DNA from: Antedon mediterranea
Lineage: Eukaryota; Animalia; Echinodermata
Length of the DNA stretch: 64,000 nucleotides
Reading direction: 5' to 3'
NCBI RefSeq assembly: GCF_964355755.1
Contig: NC_092671.1
Span: 6,386,001 to 6,450,000 of the forward strand
The notes beneath the pieces were generated by a model. That model did no database searches, had not been told where the DNA came from, and saw only the letters and a list, made by a program, of their open reading frames with translations. The position numbers were made by a program, and so were the translations under genes. Positions 13,401-26,294 of this stretch are shown here, one piece after another (the stretch's first letter is position 1; every line of letters starts with the position of its first letter).

Positions 13401-16400
13401 TCACATATTTTTGTCACATAAAGCTTGATAGTGTAGACAGAGCTTTAAACTAAGCTAAATTTCACAATATGTTTCAAATTTGATCAAAATCTTTTTAGAA
13501 AAAAGAAGAGCTACTGTATGTTTTCATCTCTTTATTTAATATTAAACTGGAAAGAAACCCAAAAAAACAAGATAAAATATACAGAAAACAGCATCAATTA
13601 TATATAAAATAATAACTTACAAAAATAGAGAGGGCGATGATATTATGCGGGCTTTTGCGACGGACACTGCTACAGCAGACAAGTGCTATATAGGTTGAAA
13701 GAAATACCACGCTAAAATGAAAACATTGAACAATTTTTTATCATTTTATTTGGAAATCGTACATAAATATTTAGGTGCCTGGCTCTGAATTTTAAAAAGA
13801 TCGAATAAATAATAAAATAGATTTTTTCATTTTTATGTAATAATTAACAACTTACTATGACACATAGTACATCCATATTCCATCGTTTTGTACCCAATTT
13901 TTGACACCAGCACTACAAGAATAAAAAAAAATATTACCATATGTAAGTAAGAAATAAAAGAACTGAGGGGGTTTTTAATATAAATATAATAAATCATTTT
14001 TTGTTTGTTTCAGGTCAGAATAATAATTTTAAATATACACTTGACTTTATTATTTGATGTAGTAATATAGCCTTAGATTGCACCTATTGTACACAATTGT
14101 TACACAATGTGCATACATCAATAAAGACAAACAGTAAGCTTAAGTTAAGGCCAACTCAGACACCGCCGTACGACGAATCATCTCATCAGGAGAAAATAAA
14201 ACATGTTTAATGTTCTCACGACAACCTAAAAACTGTGCCCAGCGCTACAGTATCTCAAGACAACTCGTCTCGTCTGGATACAACTTAGACAGCACCAACA
14301 AGTCAAGACGTTTCATCGGGCCTCGCTGTACAATGCTGTCTGAGTTGACCTTTCGTTGGTTCCAGTCCCTGTACAGTATATAAGCAAGTCTAGTTTTGTT
14401 TAAAGAGAATTATGTTGAATATAGCAAAAAAAACCCCAGAAGGTATGTTAATATTCCAATAATAAACAAGCCATAAAAAACTTACGTAAAGTAGACCAAG
14501 GCAGTTATTCCAAATGTCACTAGCAACTGAATGCTAAGTGTTATATACACCTAAAAGAAATAGTATAGTATAATACTACAATAATAAGTAATATTCGTGA
14601 GGAAAGGCAAAGATGTTTACAGAATGCATTAAAATATTAATTATTTGTACAGTATTATTATTAGTGTAGTACTAGTACTGTCGAGGAGTTGGATAATCGA
14701 GTGGTTAGGACACTTGACTGTCATACAGATAGACCCGGGTTCAATTCCCGACTCCCGACAACTCCCAGTCCACACAGCTGTAAATGAGTACCTGGTTGAA
14801 AATACTAGGGAGAAAAAAGGCGGCGTGGAAAGGAACTGGCCACCCTACCACATAATGCCGAGGCTTAGTATTCCCTTACGTTCAGAATGAATACGGGACT
14901 CACCTTTACCTCTTTTTACTAGTACTGTAGTTCAGTACAGTAATAAGTACTAAATCCTACCATTAAGAAGGAATCATAGAAAAAGGATTAGTTGCAGGAC
15001 AAAAGAAAAGTGTCTTTATTTTAATAAGGTTTATCGCAAATAGCTTGATTTCGCGAGAAACGTCATTGTACAATGAATGACGGGAAGGGTTTGGGAGCAA
15101 TAGTGCCACCGTATAATAAAAACTTTATATACTGGTGGTGGCAGTACTGCTCCCCAAACCCTTCCCATAATGCAATACTAATGCTATTTGCGATAGACAT
15201 TATGAAGAATTACCTTCCGAATGAACAACCGCCTAACGGCCTTGTTGTCGAAGTTGCGACTGGTAAAACCACCAGTTTCTGCATCAGAAGAGGACACTGG
15301 GATGGGATGGATGTGGGTAGGTGGAGGGGCCTTTGTTGCTCCTATTCAGAAAAAAGTAAATTTCGTTATTATCTTTTTGTAATGGGTGGGTGTAATGAGT
15401 AAGGTTGTTGTTAGTTAGTCATGTTTAAAGCTCTGTCTACACTATCAAACTAGTTAGACAAAAAAGTGTGATGTGTCCAAACATGGTAGTGATATTCACA
15501 AATATGGTAGTGATATGACATCATCATGTCCATATATGGGTACAGTAAATGTACATCACATTTTTTTGTCACATAAAGTTTGATAGTGTAGACAGACAGT
15601 TAGTTATAAAAACTAATTCAATGCATCTAATGTACACTCAACATTAAAGTATAATAACAATAATAATCATTTAATTATTTCAATTGATAAATTACAAATG
15701 ATAGAGTAAAAACATTAAGTAACAATTAACAAAAAGTGGTTTAAAAACATTTCACAGAACAAAATATTGAAAACAATTTTGTTTGTGATTGACGGCAAAT
15801 CATTCATGGAGCGATGAGAAAGTGGATAGCGTGCATGAATATCTACAGTACAACTACAACATTTTTCGGAAAGTACAGTATGTCACATTACAAACAAAAA
15901 TGTTGTTTTAATCCATCATTTTGTCAAAAAACGAAAACCATGGAACTACTGTATGCGGTAACAACTGGAACTGCATCAATTATTTGTTTGCTGATATGTG
16001 TATGTCTTTGTACATTGTGTGCTTTATTTATATATTACTGTAGTATGCAATTATATTTGACGGTGTTGGCCTTTCATACTAGATTGCAAATGGCCTCATT
16101 TTACTGGTTGTACCTTCCTAACAGAATGCGCAATATCTGATTTTTCCAGTGATTAATAGCCGAAGGCTGGATGGCAATCTTTTAATGTTATCGCAGTTCA
16201 AAAGCGATTCTCCATGGAAAGGGAACCAACAAGATGGCGGCTGCAATCGACCAATCAGATATGCCCTACGCAGTACGCCTGTGTTGAGCCTATCTGCGTA
16301 AGAACGAAACGCAACGCAGCGCGTTAAGCGTATAAGCGCGAACGCATTCTATATGATCATCGTATACAAAAAATGCTAGATTACCAAGAAATTATTCATT

Positions 16401-19400
16401 TTATTGCGATTAACAATAATTATATTTAAGTTTATAAAACCTTCACTGTGCTTTGACAAGAATATGTGTTGTAATTTATGTGGTCTTAATGTATTATATT
16501 AGATTATCATTTTTTATATTAAATAATGTTTTTGAACACATTTACGGCCGCCATCTTGTTGGTTCCCCTCCTGTTGGAATCACTTTTCAGTCTGGAGTGC
16601 GCCCTCTAGCCTTCGACTTAATATCGTGATGGATTTTTCCTAACAAAAGCATGTTTATTTTTCAATTGTATCTCATTACAACTTAGAGTACAACACGGGT
16701 AATGAAAATTAATGTAATGCAAAATATGAGTAAAACATGGTTGTCTCTCAATTTATAAATCTGTTTCATACACTAAAAAATTAACGAATTAAGCAACACT
16801 AAGCGGATGACTCATGAATAATTCATGAGTCAAATACAAATGTGGATTAAATATAAATCAAGTCATTATAATTTGTCTGAAATAATGGAAATTGAAACAT
16901 CAATTAAAAAGTGAAACTTTATAATATTTTTTGTTTCATCTATTTCGCATTTATTTTTATTGTATATTGTAAGAAATCATATTTTTAATGTTTATAAATG
17001 AAGGAAAAAAATGTTATTTTGATTGATTTAAATAAAGTTTTTGATACTTTACTATCGGTACAAAACGTACATGAATTTAACTTAGCATGTAAAGCTTGTG
17101 TAAATGTCTGAAAAATATTCATGAAAATTCAATAGTTAAAAAAGGAGTGTAACCGACTAAACCACTGACAAACTTTGCCAGTCTACAGCTCTGTGCAAAA
17201 TAGCATCAACTTTGTTTTACACTAAAATGATTAATGATAAATACAGTAGAACCCGTATTTTGGGAATACCTAATTAAGGGGAAACTTTCCCATGAAACAA
17301 TATGGCCAAATCCCATTCAGGGGACATCCTATAAAAGGACACATTGTTGGGTCCTGAAAGTGTCCCTTAATTAGAGGTACCATGTACTTGAATCTTTTCT
17401 TGTTAGTATGTGAACATCTAACAATGGTAGCAGCAATATTATCATTTAGATGATAAAAAGGAATAGATAATTATTTTAGCCAGTAGTACAGGTACAGCAT
17501 GAAAAATAACCCCAAAACAGCTGTTAGCCCCTGTGGTACAGTAGCAATGCTGTGGGGCTACAGTAATTGGTGTAACTCTTGCAATATTCCTTGCAGAGAG
17601 AGCTGTTGAACATTGAAACGTAGTCATGTGTTTTCCATATGAAGTTCTGTTTATTTATAGGTTATACTATTTTTACATTCATGAAATTTATGAATACTTT
17701 ATAGGTTGAATTGAAATCTTAAAATCCGTAAATTATAAAATGTCTATTTAAACTGTGGTTACCTGTAGTCTAATGGTTTATGAGTGTGTTTAGTGAAAAA
17801 TTGTACAAAACAAGTTAATATTAGGGAGGTTTCGCAATCTTACGAATACGATAACGAAAACGGATACGTCACGCACACGTATTCGTTTTCGTAAGCCATA
17901 AAAAAATCTGTTTCGCATGGCAACGAAATATTGAGGCGCATCCAAAATATGACTGCGGTAAATTTTAGCGAAGCGCAGGTACGTGTTGCTTGGTGCTTGG
18001 CTGCCTAGGCCTAGCGTAACATCAAAGCGAGTGAGGACTGCTATTTATCAAAATTGACTTGGCATTTTAGTAAATTACTTTAGTAAATTACTTTCAATAA
18101 ATCTTTTTATATTTTAATCATGAATCATTCCTGATTCAAATGCAAAATGTGCAAATAGATCAAAAACTATACTCGTTTTGTAGTTATGAATATGACTGGT
18201 GATATTCGTCAACACGAATACGCTTTACGAATATGAAATGGGGATCAGCTCAAAAGTTTCACAAATGTATGACGTATCCGTTTTCGTTATCGTAAGGTTG
18301 CGAAACCTCCCTATTACCAATACCCTACCTTGTTGATTAATGTAGTTAATTGCCAATCATAAAATCAGATGCTAATAAAAGGACAGACAATAATAGAGTA
18401 ACTAAAAAGTGCAAGCACTAATTTATTTATGTTAAGGTCGTAGTAGTTCTTACCTTGAGCTACAGGGGGGTAGGCAGGATCACCTTGTGGGTTACAGTAG
18501 GAAAGGAGATAAGAAATACAGTATGTAACACACAAATATTATTTTATTCCATATGGTTAATAAGGCATAAACAAGATGTTGCCAAAGCTACAGTACTGTA
18601 GCTAATCTTTTTATTTTTCCATGATCGAAATCAAAATATATGGTTTGCATATTTTTTAGGCTGCCTGTAAACTCAAATGAGTATACAATGATTTTGGGTC
18701 TTTTCCAAAATGTTTAACTATTCACAATAGTTGGTGTTGCGTCATCAAATTTAAAATTGATGTACAGACAGTTACTATACTACTGTATAATGGAGCTTAT
18801 GACGTCAGGTACTGTACTAATTTGGTTTTTCTTTTCTGCATATGATGTGCAATTGAATCTCTTTTTTGGTGTTTGTGCATAAAAAAAATGTGTACAGAGC
18901 TGGATGACGACTTACAGTAATGCATTATTTACTGTTTTAGGTAATAGTAAATCAAAAGCTCCATATTGTGAAGAAACAAATAACTTTCTATAGTAATATA
19001 ATTTGTACTGTATGTTTACAAAACAAATATTAACTGTTTATGGTTCAAATTATACATCTTATTCTCTTTTGGGTTATAATATGCACATATGCCCTTCAGT
19101 ATAAATATTTGTATGATGACTAATAATACAATTTCATTTCTGTACAATTTAATGTACTGTAGCTAGACCTATGCAAGTACTAATCAAAATTGAAGTCAAA
19201 TCAGGATTAAAAAGAGAAAAACAAGTTGCCTTACGTATACCACCAGAACATTTATAAATTAATGAAAGGAAAATAATGTTAGAAATGTATTAGAAAAATA
19301 GAAATGTCAAGAACACAAAATTTAAACAGTAAAATCTTTCAAACCTACCATATCCTTGTGGAGTATAAGGTGTGTCAGAGTAGGCAGTGGGTGGATATGC

Positions 19401-19517
19401 GGCATTTGGTGGATATGCAGGATCAGAATACCCGGCCGGAGGATATGGCGCACTTGGGTAGGTTGGGCCGTAACCTTCCTGTGACTGCTCATAACTCGGA
19501 GGCTTTGGTTCAGTCAT
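10471..19517 (-). CDS. Protein lifeguard / TMBIM family (GRINA/LFG1-like), paralog A
   Basis: Exons 19517-19349, probable 30-nt microexon 18483-18454, 15341-15214, 14550-14486, 13912-13856, 13711-13621, 13202-13165, 12598-12553, 12188-12057, 11079-11032, 10617-10471. Pro/Tyr-rich N-terminus with PPSY; motifs RRLFIRKVY, QTKFDFT and FLAYDTQLIMGGKRHELDPEEHIYGALTLYIDIV. Confidence 0.93.
10760..10899. mobile_element. Small MITE
   Basis: Imperfect TIRs GTGGCCGTATTCACCA ... TGGTGAATACCGTCAC. Confidence 0.5.
12281..12469. mobile_element. Tc1/mariner-type MITE
   Basis: TA|CAGTCAACTCTCCC ... GGGAGAGTTGACTG|TA, i.e. TA TSD and CAGT termini. Confidence 0.75.
14146..14352. mobile_element. MITE
   Basis: TIRs AAGGCCAACTCAGACA ... 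TGTCTGAGTTGACCTT. Confidence 0.65.
14683..14915 (+). mobile_element. tRNA-derived SINE
   Basis: A-box-like GAGTGGTTAGG, B-box GGGTTCAATTCCC, a body containing CAGCTGTAAATGAGTACC, and an ACCTTTACC tail. Confidence 0.75.
15031..15195. mobile_element. Palindromic MITE
   Basis: TATCGCAAATAGC ... GCTATTTGCGATA ends and an internal GGGAAGGGTTTGGG/CCCAAACCCTTCCC pair. Confidence 0.65.
15428..15595. mobile_element. MITE family A copy
   Basis: Same TIR and interior as 254-396. Confidence 0.8.
16157..16620. mobile_element. Non-autonomous DNA transposon with ~85-bp imperfect TIRs
   Basis: AGCCGAAGGCT ... GGGAACCAACAAGATGGCGGC is mirrored by GCCGCCATCTTGTTGGTTCCC ... AGCCTTCGACT. Confidence 0.7.
17242..17385. 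mobile_element. Degenerate Tc1/mariner-type MITE
   Basis: TACAGTAGAACC ... GGTACCATGTA ends with internal inverted repeats (CCTAATTAAGGG/CCCTTAATTAG, CAGGGACA/TGTCCC). Confidence 0.45.
17822..18313. mobile_element. Non-autonomous DNA transposon (PIF/Harbinger- or ISL2EU-like)
   Basis: ~50-bp TIRs TAGGGAGGTTTCGCAA...CGATAACGAAAACGGATACGTCA with the exact-orientation mirror at the right end. Confidence 0.75.
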
Positions 19518-20512
19518 GGCTGACCTTTGAAAGAAAAACATACGGTAATTAAAAATGTAATTATATTTTAAAAGTAAACCTTTAAATAATAAGCTTGATT
19601 CAAATTAGAATGCATGTAGGCCTAAGTGAAGCGACAATGCAAGTAATTTGACCAGTCATGATTAAATTGAATTAAATTGTGCAATTCGGAAACGAAATGG
19701 AGCCAATTTAAAATACTGTTTTGTTACAGATGAAATCTGTGAGAATATATATTGTGAATTTGAGGCCTGACCTAATAATCAGTATGTGATAGATCTTATT
19801 AAATGTACTAGTGTCATCTTTATTAAATGTACTACTGTGTTATCGTTAGGTAAATTATATTTTTTATTTGTAACTGGAATAAAAACTTTCTTTATATACT
19901 TTCTGTATCTATAAATCTGTAAAAATTATATAGAAATAAAGAGCCATAATATACTGCATTAACTTGAAAACTAAAATTAATTCTACAGCATGCACGGCGT
20001 AGTTGTTTTCCCTTTTTGTTGCTGAAACACAATGCACTAAACAAGAACAAGAAAAGCAGCAGTATTGTAACACATTAACACACTCAATTAATAAATCCCC
20101 TGATCCGAGGCCTAATCTACCTACTACTTCATCATTCTCAAGGCCCTACGTCTGATCAGGCTAGCTTATCCATCCAGACCTAGGTCTACGTCCAGATAGC
20201 CCTCTGTATACGTAATAATTGATAAGCCGGTGTAAGATTGAAATGTGTCCATCATTCAAAAGTGTCCGGGTGGACACTTTTCAGCATTGGATAGTGTCCA
20301 ATTGCATGTTTCAACGGGTTCGCGGGCGTTTTCCAACAATTTAATGCTGTCCGGCGCGTTTAATAATGTCTGACCCTTGGATTGAATACCGTCCGTGGTT
20401 GAGATTTGAGATTCAGGTTTTGATCGTGATTGCGCATGCACTTGTCTTTTTTTAACGACCACTATTTGTTAATAATGCCAAACTAGTTTTTATTTTTCAA
20501 AGATTACTTGGC

Positions 20513-23500
20513 TTAAAACACCTCCAATTAGCGACCATTATATTATTTGGTATGAATAAAGACAAGAAGAATAAATAACAATATAATAATAATCATGTAA
20601 TAAAAACAAGTAATTATACTGGTCCTCTTCCAATTAAAGAACACTTTAGTTTAGACACTTCCAATTAGCGACCATTTTTATTGTTTTGTATGAGTAAAGA
20701 CAAGAGTAATAATAGTTTTTAATCATGTGACAAAAAACAAGTAATTGTACTGGTCCTCTTCCAATTAAAGATCACTTAAAATTAAACACTTCCAATTAGC
20801 GACCGTTTTATTATTTTGTATGAGTAAAGACAAGAATAATAAATAGTTTATAATCATGTGATAAAAAACAAGTAATTGTACTGGTCCTCTTCCAATTAAA
20901 GATCACTTAAATTTAAACACTTCCAATTAGCGACCGTTATTATTGTTTTGTATGAATAGAAACAAGAAGAATAAATAGATTTTAATCATGTGATAAAAAA
21001 CAAGTAATTGTACTGGTCCTCTTCCAATTAAAGATCACTTTAATTTAAACACTTCCAATTAGCGACCGTTATATTATTTTGTATGAATAAAGGCAAGAAT
21101 AATAAATAGATTTTAATCATATGACAAAAAAACAAGTAATTGTACTGGTCCTCTTTCAATTAAAGATCACTTTACTTTAAGACACTTCCAATTAGCGACC
21201 GTTATATTGTTTTGTATGAGTACAGACAAGAAGAATAAATAGATTTTAATCATGTGATAAAAAACAAGTAATTGTACTGGTCCTCTTCCAATTAAAGGTC
21301 ACTTTACTGTAAGACACTTCCAATTAGCGACCGTTATATTATTTTGTATGAGTACAGACAAGAAGAATAAATAGATTTTAATCATGTGATAAAAAACAAG
21401 TAATTGTACTGGTCCTCTTCCAATGAAAGATCACTTTACTTTAAGACACTTCCAATTAGCGACCGTTATATTATTTTTTATGAATAAAAACATGAAGCAT
21501 AAATAGTTTATAATCATGTGATATAAAATAAGTAATTGTACTGGTCTTCTTCCAATTAAAGATCACTTTACTTTAAGACACTTCCAATTAGCGACCGTTA
21601 TATTATTTTGTATGAGTACAGACAATTAGAAGAATAAATAGATTTTAATCATGTGATAAAAAACAAGTAATTGTACTGGTCCTCTTCCAATGAAAGATCA
21701 CTTTACTTTAAGACACTTCCATTTAGCGACCGTTATATTATTTTGTATGAGTACAGACAAGAAGAATAAATAGATTTTAATCATGTGATAAAAAACAAGT
21801 AATTGTACTGGTCCTTTTTCAATTAAAGATCACTTTACTTTAAGACACTTCCAATTAGCGACCGTTATATTGTTTTGTATGAGTACAGACAAGAAGAATA
21901 AATAGATTTTAATCATGTGATAAAAAACAAGTAATTGTACTGGTCCTCTTCCAATTAAAGGTCACTTTACTGTAAGACACTTCCAATTAGCGACCGTTAT
22001 ATTATTTTGTATGAGTACAGACAAGAAGAATAAATAGATTTTAATCATGTGATAAAAAACAAGTAATTGTACTGGTCCTCTTCCAATGAAAGATCACTTT
22101 ACTTTAAGACACTTCCAATTAGCGACCGTTATATTATTTTTTATGAATAAAAACATGAAGCATAAATAGTTTATAATCATGTGATATAAAATAAGTAATT
22201 GTACTGGTCTTCTTCCAATTAAAGATCACTTTACTTTAAGACACTTCCAATTAGCGACCGTTATATTATTTTGTATGAGTACAGACAATTAGAAGAATAA
22301 ATAGATTTTAATCATGTGATAAAAAACAAGTAATTGTACTGGTCCTCTTCCAATGAAAGATCACTTTACTTTAAGACACTTCCATTTAGCGACCGTTATA
22401 TTATTTTGTATGAGTACAGACAAGAAGAATAAATAGATTTTAATCATGTGATAAAAAACAAGTAATTGTACTGGTCCTCTTCCAATTAAAGATTACTTTA
22501 CTTTAAGACACTTCCAATTAGCGACCGTTATATTATTTTGTATGAGTACAGACAAGAAGAATAAATAGATTTTAATCATGTGATAAAAAACAAGTAATTG
22601 TACTGGTCCTCTTCCAATTAAAGATCACTTTAATTTAAACACTTCCAATTAGCGACCGTTATATTATTTTGTATGAATAAAGGCAAGAATAATAAATAGA
22701 TTTTAATCATATGACAAAAAACAAGTAATTGTACTGGTCCTCTTTCAATTAAAGATCACTTTACTTTAAGACACTTCCAATTAGCGACCGTTATATTGTT
22801 TTGTATGAGTACAGACAAGAAGAATAAATAGATTTTAATCATGTGATAAAAAACAAGTAATTGTACTGGTCCTCTTCCAATTAAAGGTCACTTTACTGTA
22901 AGACACTTCCAATTAGCGACCGTTATATTATTTTGTATGAGTACAGACAAGAAGAATAAATAGATTTTAATCATGTGATAAAAAACAAGTAATTGTACTG
23001 GTCCTCTTCCAATGAAAGATCACTTTACTTTAAGACACTTCCAATTAGCGACCGTTATATTATTTTTTATGAATAAAAACATGAAGCATAAATAGTTTAT
23101 AATCATGTGATATAAAATAAGTAATTGTACTGGTCTTCTTCCAATTAAAGATCACTTTACTTTAAGACACTTCCAATTAGCGACCGTTATATTATTTTGT
23201 ATGAGTACAGACAATTAGAAGAATAAATAGATTTTAATCATGTGATAAAAAACAAGTAATTGTACTGGTCCTCTTCCAATGAAAGATCACTTTACTTTAA
23301 GACACTTCCATTTAGCGACCGTTATATTATTTTGTATGAGTACAGACAAGAAGAATAAATAGATTTTAATCATGTGATAAAAAACAAGTAATTGTACTGG
23401 TCCTCTTCCTATTAAAGATCACTTTACTTTAAGACACTTCCAATTAGCGACCGTTATATTATTTTGTATGAGTACAGACAAGAAGAATAAATAGATTTTA

Positions 23501-23790
23501 ATCATGTGATAAAAAATAAGTAATTGTACTGGTCCTCTTCCAATTAAAGGTCACTTTACTTTAAGACACTTCCATTTAGCGACCGTTATATTATTTTGTA
23601 TGAATAAAGACAAGAAGAATAAATACTAGTTAAGACAAGAAGAATAAATAGTTTATAATCATGTGATAAAAAACAAGTAATTGTACGGGTCCTCTTCCAA
23701 TTATAGATCACTTTAGTTTAAACACTTCCAATTAGCGACCGTTTTATTATTTTGTACGAGTAAAGACAAGAAGAATAAATAGTTTACTTG
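20513..23790. repeat. ~132-bp satellite array, ~25 units, with higher-order structure, inside the Ginger element
   Basis: Recurrent CTTCCAATTAGCGACC...AAGTAATTGTACTGGTCCTCTTCCAATTAAAGATCAC. The diagnostic variant AAACATGAAGCAT recurs at ~21488, ~22150 and ~23077 (5- and 12-unit offsets). Confidence 0.97.
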
Positions 23791-24543
23791 TTTAATCCCC
23801 AATCAATTAAAAGTTGCACCTTTTTATAATCAACACGATATAGCTGATCTCTTGAAAAAACATAATCAGTTTTACTGAAGTATTATGTTAATTGGTACAT
23901 TGATCGTCGCATCGAGAATATGGTAGGGGTGTCACACTATGTGCGTCTAGGGTGAATGCAAAGATAATGACATCGATATAGCGCCACATCAACACGTTTT
24001 TATGCACCTTTGGTGTAAGTATTTATTTTAGTATTTTGTCCTTAAATCAGAATTTATATTCAAAGAAAAAATGACTTGTTATGTAAAAAAACAACAATTC
24101 GGTATCTGGAATCTTAAAATTAATGTATCTATAAAAATAATTAATATGGGATAGGCCTGAGACCTCATACATTTGTTAATAGGGCTACTTTATTGAACCT
24201 TCATTTTATCGGATGTTATAAGAACGCTTGCTTCAACCGATTCTTTTTTTGAACAGCATTTTGTTTAAAGGCGATTGTGTTATTTTCAATGTTTAATAAA
24301 CTTCTGGAATTTCAGAGAAACCCATTTTAATAAACAAAAGCTTCTTATAAAATGTGCTTACTGGATAATGTTTCATACATGTTTGGCTGGTTCAAATTTA
24401 CTTTACTTTTGCTTTTCCGCTACTCCCCTGTTATACTATATATTTGTTGTTATGTAGAAAGATTGAAAATAAATTCATTCATTCATTCTTCTTTTATTTC
24501 GGAAAAAAAAAATTCTCCATAGTTCAGTAACAAGTGTACATTA

Positions 24544-24562
24544 TTGTAAATATAACAAATAC

Positions 24563-24643
<81 letters not shown>

Positions 24644-24656
24644 AAATATAACAAAT

Positions 24657-24738
<82 letters not shown>
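24544..24738. repeat. Duplicated (TA)n microsatellite
   Basis: Two long TA runs, each preceded by TTGTAAATATAACAAATAC. Confidence 0.95.
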
Positions 24739-24741
<3 letters not shown>

Positions 24742-24812
24742 GTTCCAACCGTACCACGCCGAGAATGTTAAAGGGTCGTTATCCGGTCGAGTTAAAGAAC
24801 AATACCATGAAA

Positions 24813-24884
24813 GCCCTAGTGGTCTAATGGTTAGGGCAACTGCATATCAAGCCGACGGTCCGAGTTCGAGCCTCGGTTGGGGCG
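24813..24884 (+). tRNA. tRNA-like sequence, copy 1 (anticodon loop ATATCAA, mismatched anticodon stem); pseudogene or SINE head
   Basis: GCCCTAG/TTGGGGC acceptor stem, TGGTCTAATGG A-box, GAGTTCGAGCC B-box, followed by TTTTT. Confidence 0.5.
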
Positions 24885-25083
24885 ACTTTTTCTCATTCTC
24901 TCAGATTTCCTCATCTTTATCGTTTCAAAAATTAATTAAATCATTTTCAGTGTATCACCGGGCGGTTTGGAATTTATTTCTATGCCTGTTGTGTTTACAA
25001 CTGAGGACTAGTGCTGTTCCGCCGTACCACGCCGAGAATGTTAAAGAGTCGCTATCCAATCGAGTTCGAACAATACCGTGAAA

Positions 25084-25155
25084 GCCCCAGTGGTCTAACG
25101 GTTAGGACATCTGCATATCAAGCAGGCGGTCCGAGTTCGAGTCTCGGTTGGGGCG
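25084..25155 (+). tRNA. tRNA-like sequence, copy 2, 72-nt cloverleaf with anticodon ATC (Asp-like); probably SINE head or pseudo-tRNA
   Basis: GCCCCAG/TTGGGGC acceptor stem, a D arm, TCTGC-ATATCAA-GCAGG anticodon arm and CCGAG-TTCGAGT-CTCGG T arm. Confidence 0.55.
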
Positions 25156-26294
25156 ACTTTAACTCATTCTCACAGATTTCCTCATCTTTATCGTTTCAAA
25201 TTAATTAATTAAATTTCAGTATATTACCGGGCGGTTTAGAATTAATGTTCTATGCTACATAGTCACGTGGTTAGAACAATAGCTTCATCCATCTACTATG
25301 TAGATTGGATGAAGGAAAAGCAAATTCATGAATACATTACAAATAAATGTATGAATTGTGAATTACAAAAATATTAAATGTTGTTGTCTTGTCAGAATGA
25401 GTTGTAAATATGAACGAGTTTTGTAAACATAAATTATATATCATTGATCATTACTTATATTAACAGGATAAAATAATAATAGTGTAATGATAATGAACAA
25501 TAGTTACAGAAAAATATTTATTTATTTATTTATTTATTGCTATTAAAACTTGTTTCAGTAAGTGTGTTTGTATTTATTTTACTTTGTTATTGATCATCAT
25601 TGGTCTGGCTACCAATACATTGGAAGCACGCAAGCCTCGCTACCACGTCAAGGTTGATGATCATAGCGAGGGTAGGTTGCACGTTTGTATGTGCCCCTTT
25701 GACCAAAGAAAACATATTATAGAAGAAAATTGCATAACATTATGAAACAGAATCATATGAGTTGTAAATATGAAAAAGTTTTTTAAACATAAAAATACAA
25801 TAAAAATAAACACTATTTACAATCTAATTCACGTACTTTTACCTTACCGGACCTTTAGTCGCGTTATTCTTTTATACAATCTGCTTTTTAATTAATTTTT
25901 TAATCCTTGTAGCGATCAAAGCAGGGCGCATGACACATCATTGCATGTTTACACTGGACACACTGTATTTGATCTGTTGTTATCTGCCATTAGACCCCTT
26001 GAGCCTTTGACGTACTTATGCTCAGATATTCGTCTTCTGTTGATTCAATGAAAGATGGTGACGCTTTAATTAGCCGCTGTGGTGAATCTATGTTCTTCTT
26101 TCTGGTCCGACAAATGCAATTGGTATTTCTTCGTCGATGAGTTTCAGACAAAGCCGACAATCTCCTCTTGACGGAAGCACCTGTAAAAAATCAAAGCATT
26201 AACGAAACTTACCTCTATAAGGTAAACAAATACCCTTTTCACCATTTAATGCTTCTGTGTATGTTGAGATTACCGGTCATAGGTAGGCCTACAG

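Larger units (their letters stand above)
24742..25253 (+). repeat. Tandem duplication (~271-bp period) of a tRNA-containing unit
   Basis: CCGTACCACGCCGAGAATGTTAAAG, the tRNA-like core and CAGATTTCCTCATCTTTATCGTTTCAAA each occur twice. Confidence 0.9.

Noticed and set aside
20513-23790. CRISPR-like array
   Set aside because: Whole units are repeated with no unique spacers, there are no cas genes, and the context is eukaryotic. It is a satellite.
24524-24827. ORFs rich in YIYIYI (also 9125-9400)
   Set aside because: These are translations of (TA)n microsatellites.
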